Positions 59,104-64,000 of a stretch of DNA of 64,000 bases are shown in pieces. The DNA lies in the NCBI GenBank assembly GCA_001600695.1, contig BCKQ01000003.1, forward strand, positions 122,083 to 186,082, in the 5' to 3' direction. Position numbers and translations under genes: made by a program. Source of the stretch: Ascoidea asiatica JCM 7603 (taxonomy: Eukaryota > Fungi > Ascomycota). The notes under the pieces were generated by a model. That model was not told where the DNA came from. It saw nothing but the letters and a program-made list of their open reading frames with translations, and searched no databases. Positions within the stretch are counted from its first letter, which is position 1. Every line of letters begins with the position of its first letter.

Positions 59104-60384
59104 ATGTATTTAATTATTTCTCTTTAAATTTCAATTTTTCTTTTTATTTTTTTTGGCTTTTAAGGTTTTATAGGTTTTTGCAATAAATTCAGTAATTTCT
59201 TAGCTTCACGAGTTATTTCAATTAATCATTTGAATGATAAAACCTTGTCTTTCAAATTTCAACCATTATTACTCTTTCAACTTCTATCATATCGCAACTC
59301 ATCTTTTTTAAATGATCTACTGAAAACTGATCCTAAGGTACTTTACTCGTTAGACGCTAGAGGCTATCGGTTATTTGATCTTTTGAGGAGAACGCGAAAT
59401 ATTTTTTTTTTGAAAAGTAAATAAAAAAAGTAAACATCAATTTTAATTCTTGCAGTTTGGCGTTTTTTTCACTTTCCCTATTTATTTGCTAGTAGAGACC
59501 AGAAATGTGGATCTGATTGAAGAAGAACTTCCGAGGGCTAAACTAGCCGCATCAGCAGATTAATCAGCCTCTCTATCTTCTTGAATTTGTAAGAGCTCAG
59601 CCCGGTTGTGTATGAATGTGGCTCGCATCCAGGTTTGCGGTTGCGGGCTGCCGCCGCGCTGTGCGTGCTCCTTTCTTCTTTTTCTCTGTTTTTTGCATCT
59701 TTTTTTGCGGTTTTCGCGGTTTTCGAGTTTATTTTGTATTTTCTCTCTTTGCAGAGGTATTTCAGTCACAGAATTTATGCCTTTTCACAAGATTTGAATA
59801 TTCCAAGATTCTTTCGATATCGAAATTTGCCTTTGTTTCTCTTTTGGTTCTTTGTTGTTTCTCGCTTGTTTCTATTTTGTTTATATTTTGTTTCTGCTTT
59901 GTTCCATTTTGTTTGTTTCTCTTTTGATTATTTTGTTTTGTTTTATTCTTTTTTAGCTCTAATCTGGTTTAATTTTTTCAAATATATTATATATATTTTA
60001 AATTATTCAAATTTGGTTATTGTTTTGCTATTTTGTTGAGATTGAACCTGTTGATATTTAATAGATTGCATTCGAAAATAAAATAGATCAATATTCACTT
60101 CTCTTTCCTAATTTATCATCATCCATCTTTATATCATCTCATTTCAATCCATCCAAATCCAATTCAGCTCGAATTCAAATCAAATCAATTGCCATCCACT
60201 AGATCATACATCTATTCAAATTAGTTCTTCCAATTTCTTCCAATTTGATATTCTTTTCCTGCATTTCATTTTCTCATCTCAAATTCCACTTCCTTCACTT
60301 TTTCAAAGTTTTTTCAGCGCGCTTATGAATTCAAATTTCTTTGTTTAAATACTGAAATATATGATAATATAAAATATATAAAAA

Positions 60385-63300
60385 ATGAGTTCACTTTTAT
60401 CTTTTATCAATAATGATGTTAAAATCAGTAAGCTTACTAATAAGAATATTGATATCAATTCAGATATTGAAAATATTAATCAAATTCTTAATAAAGTTAG
60501 TTTAACCAATATCAATTCAGACTTACCTCAAAATAACTCAAATTACATTTTAAATAACAGCGTTAATAATAAGCAAAATCAAAATGACATTAGTAATAAA
60601 AAAAACGCTCATATCCCTGATTTAAATACAGATAACGATAGTATCAAAAACAGAGAAAAAGAAGACAACAGTTACAATGAAAAAGACGCAGACGAAGAAA
60701 ATAATGAAGACAATGAAAAAGTGAAATATAAAGACTATAAAGACTTGAATCAAAATAATGATAAAGATAAAATAATGAATGATAAAACCAAGCTTCCAAA
60801 AGAATTTGAATTTGAAATTGAAAGCTTATCCTCAATTTACAATTCTTTAATAGGTTTTTTATCCAAAAATCATATTCAATTTGATAAAAATGATAATCTA
60901 ATTCTAAAAAAAATTTTAGTTAATCTAAAGAATTCAATTTTTAAAATTAACTCGTTTTATAACTCTAATAATAAAACTGAAAACTCAATAAATTCTAATG
61001 TAGATTTCAATATAAATATAAACATAAATATGAACATAAATATAAATGAAAATAAAAGCTTAAATATGAATAAAAATATAAAAACTTTATATCTCTCTAA
61101 TTTAATTAATCTATCAGTTTTAATTTCAACTTCAAAATTGAATAATCTATTGTTCAATAATTCAACTAATATTAACTTTAATAAAGTTTTAAATATTTAT
61201 TTAAATTTATTTAATCTGATATTATCTAATTTTAGTTTGATTTCAAATAAATTAATATTAAATAGAAATTTATTATTTTATTTATTAATCTTGAAATCAA
61301 ATTCAACTTTTTATAAAGATAAGAATAAAAAATTAATTGATAGATTATTAGATTTACTCATTTATTTTTATTTTTTATCCAATGATTTATCTTTTATTAA
61401 CTTAATTAGCCAGTTTGATACAAATTATAATAATAATGCAAATAATCTTCAACTTATAAGTTTAATTGAAAATTCTTTTAACCTCAATCTTAATCTTAAT
61501 CAAACTCAAAATTACAATCAAATTGATAAGATGAATGATTCGGATAATAATGAAAATTATAATTTAGCTCAATTTCCTGGAATTTTATCAATTTTTAGTA
61601 GATTTGATCAACTTATCTGTAATAACAATAACAGTAATACTAATAATAGTATTAATAATGATTCAAATAATAATATTAATGATTTTAGTAGTTTAATTCA
61701 AAATTTATTTCCATATAATTTATCCAAAATTACTAAAAATTCGTTTATTTTAATTCAGCCTTTAATTCAATTTAGTTTAATTTTATCTGAATGTTTAATT
61801 TCTCCTTTGAACAATATTAATGATTTGAATAACTCTTTAAATTATTTAATTCAATCATTTAATAAAAATGAAATCAATTCTCAATTTATTATAATTTTCT
61901 TATCTCATTCATTGAATATTATTGACAATAATGATAACGGCATTGATAATCAAAATCAAAATCAAATTGAAAGTTGTACAATTTTAGATAATTTATTTAG
62001 TTTTTTTGATCTGCTTTCAATAAATTCTACAAATTCATCTTCAACAGAGAAAAATGAATTGAATTTCTTGATCAATTCCCTTAATTATTTTTTACAATTA
62101 ATTTCAATTCAAATTATTCAATTTCCAAATATAAATAATATCTACTCAAAATTCAATAAAAAAATCTTCAATTTCTTAAATAATTATACTGATCATTCCA
62201 TTTACCATAATTTACTAAACAACTCAAATAAAACCTTAACTCAAAACTCCAAAATTTTACAGTTTAAAGTATTATTTGAAGTAGTTGATCAAAATTATAA
62301 ACTAAACTTTTCAAATTCATTCAATTCTTCAAATAATAATAATTTAAATGAATTTAATAATGATTATGAAATTAATTTAATTCATCTATTAAACATTTCT
62401 TTATCTCATATTAATTTTTTCCTAGATAACAGTGTTAACGATTACGAGAATCATGATGATGACGATCATGACAGTGATAACTTTTTAAAGTTGCACTTCA
62501 TCTATAATAAGCTTGGTGCGACTTTGTCTTTGATTTCTTTATTTGACTATTTAATTTTCATTCTTTCAAGGGAAGTATTAAAAGATGTAAATCATTTAAA
62601 AACTTTCCCAGATATTTTTAAAAATGAAATTATGGATTTATCAATAATCCCACCAGTTTCAAAAGAAAATTTTATTTTTCCTACAAAACTAACTCCTTCA
62701 AATCATTCAACTAATCCAAATATTTCGGTTAATTCAATCAATGATTATTTATTCAAAGATTTTTCAAATAACGAAGAAATTGATAAAATTAAAATTTATA
62801 AAAAAATTTATGATTGCTTATCTTTATCTCAAGTTATCTTAATGAAATTGTTAAATAATAATAAAAATAAACTTAAAATTGTTAATATGATAAGAAAAAA
62901 TAATCAAAATTTTTCTAAAGATAATTCAAATGAATTTGTCAATCAAGATCAAATTGAAATCAAGAATTCATTAATTTATAAATCTTTCGACGAATTTTTA
63001 AAACTAAATTTTACTACATGTTTCAGCGTCTTGCTACTTTCAAATGAATGCTATTTAAAATCATTAAACTATAATAGATTTTACTCTCTTTTTTTGGAAC
63101 ATAATCAAAGTAATCAATTTAAGAATATCACTCCTCCGGATTCCGCGTCAAGTTTAGTTGGATTTAAAGATAATGAAAAGGAGCTATCTCACGAAAAATT
63201 TAGTGACTTTTTCTTTGACTTAAGCTCTTATAATTTTCTTTATAATCATTCAGCTTTTTACCTATTAGAAGCTTTGGTGACTTATAATGATGCTAATGAT

Positions 63301-64000
63301 GAGTTGATACCATTGAAGGAAGATATTTCGGGATTTCAGTTTAAAAATGAGAATTTTAATTTGTTTTCTTTGGTGAAATACATTTTATGGGTTTCAATGA
63401 AAGATATAAGTTATATCAAAATTTCAGCAATTATGCTCAATCATTTGATTTTCCATTCTAAATTCGATTCTCCTAGTGATAGAGAAGAAACCGGTGAACG
63501 TGAGAATAATACAAATATAGGCCAGATCATATTAGATGATGATTCTATTTCCAGTATGCTTTGGACGTTTGTATCCTTATGGAACCATGGATATCCCCTT
63601 TTCAAAGGTTTGATGTCCTTTCTTAGCAAAAAACATGGTGACTCTTTCGACAATTTGAAACCAAAAATTGCGGATGAAAATCCTTTTCGTTTAGATTTAG
63701 ACTTCTTAAGAAAATATATTGATATACCTAATACAATGGAACCTATAAGAAATTTTGGAATGCCTACTTCTTTGTCGAGGCTAGAGAATTCACAAGATGC
63801 AAGCTCTACAAAAAGCAGAAATATCAGTGGGAGTAGTACTCGAGCTAATTTTGGGGTTACTAGGAAAGATGATTCAAATAAATCTACACTGCTTAGCTTT
63901 CAATCTAATTCTTTTATTAATAACTCTCAAATCTCCAGAAGTTCTGCTGGAAAAACTTCAGAAAATGCCACTGGAAATTCTAATATGGGAATGATTTATC
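60385..64000 (+). CDS. Large Asn-rich protein of unknown function (>1200 aa, 3'-truncated by the window edge)
   Basis: ATG in an AAAAAATG context at 60385. The frame was open wherever read, through to the window end (...NSNMGMIY). Absent from the ORF track, most likely because its stop lies beyond the window. Confidence 0.85.
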   Translation, partial: MSSLLSFINNDVKISKLTNKNIDINSDIENINQILNKVSLTNINSDLPQNNSNYILNNSVNNKQNQNDISNKKNAHIPDLNTDNDSIKNREKEDNSYNEKDADEENNEDNEKVKYKDYKDLNQNNDKDKIMNDKTKLPKEFEFEIESLSSIYNSLIGFLSKNHIQFDKNDNLILKKILVNLKNSIFKINSFYNSNNKTENSINSNVDFNINININMNININENKSLNMNKNIKTLYLSNLINLSVLISTSKLNNLLFNNSTNINFNKVLNIYLNLFNLILSNFSLISNKLILNRNLLFYLLILKSNSTFYKDKNKKLIDRLLDLLIYFYFLSNDLSFINLISQFDTNYNNNANNLQLISLIENSFNLNLNLNQTQNYNQIDKMNDSDNNENYNLAQFPGILSIFSRFDQLICNNNNSNTNNSINNDSNNNINDFSSLIQNLFPYNLSKITKNSFILIQPLIQFSLILSECLISPLNNINDLNNSLNYLIQSFNKNEINSQFIIIFLSHSLNIIDNNDNGIDNQNQNQIESCTILDNLFSFFDLLSINSTNSSSTEKNELNFLINSLNYFLQLISIQIIQFPNINNIYSKFNKKIFNFLNNYTDHSIYHNLLNNSNKTLTQNSKILQFKVLFEVVDQNYKLNFSNSFNSSNNNNLNEFNNDYEINLIHLLNISLSHINFFLDNSVNDYENHDDDDHDSDNFLKLHFIYNKLGATLSLISLFDYLIFILSREVLKDVNHLKTFPDIFKNEIMDLSIIPPVSKENFIFPTKLTPSNHSTNPNISVNSINDYLFKDFSNNEEIDKIKIYKKIYDCLSLSQVILMKLLNNNKNKLKIVNMIRKNNQNFSKDNSNEFVNQDQIEIKNSLIYKSFDEFLKLNFTTCFSVLLLSNECYLKSLNYNRFYSLFLEHNQSNQFKNITPPDSASSLVGFKDNEKELSHEKFSDFFFDLSSYNFLYNHSAFYLLEALVTYNDANDELIPLKEDISGFQFKNENFNLFSLVKYILWVSMKDISYIKISAIMLNHLIFHSKFDSPSDREETGERENNTNIGQIILDDDSISSMLWTFVSLWNHGYPLFKGLMSFLSKKHGDSFDNLKPKIADENPFRLDLDFLRKYIDIPNTMEPIRNFGMPTSLSRLENSQDASSTKSRNISGSSTRANFGVTRKDDSNKSTLLSFQSNSFINNSQISRSSAGKTSENATGNSNMGMIY

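Noticed and set aside
743-63994. Numerous 60-185 aa ORFs in the track (antisense to real genes, or F/L-rich intergenic ones)
   Set aside because: They are shadows of biased coding strands or T-rich low-complexity DNA, often with TTG/GTG starts and no domain.

Overview
A 64-kb piece of a very AT-rich budding-yeast (Saccharomycotina) nuclear chromosome. The composition (Asn/Lys/Ile-loaded proteins, intron-less CDSs, GC-richer intergenic islands) resembles Ascoidea; this is an inference, not a sequence match. Apparently intact genes: AVO1 (5' end outside the window), TAZ1, a ROX1/RFG1-type HMG repressor, KAR3, RIM23/PalC-like, ALF1, a bacterial-type SDR, PDC1, an ECM3-family transporter, a DIG1-like protein, an MNN2-family mannosyltransferase, a divergent DIP5-like permease, RPT6, a secreted PL1 pectate lyase, and a >1200-aa unknown ORF that runs off the right end and is missing from the ORF track. 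There are three tRNA genes (Lys-UUU and Tyr-GUA with introns, Thr-AGU). Three genes are interrupted: a ~1037-codon orphan, an ECM32-like UPF1-family helicase, and a GIT1-like permease. Main leads: (i) the helicase is intact except for two -1 shifts, and the first lies on a correctly framed A_AAU_UUC slippery heptamer followed by a ~15-bp stem; (ii) both large broken genes end 130-165 bp downstream of a tRNA gene and are convergent with it; (iii) the pectate lyase has tandem PacC/Rim101-type sites upstream; (iv) the SDR is a horizontal-transfer candidate; (v) a pair of Rox1-consensus sites lies at ~40.7 kb.
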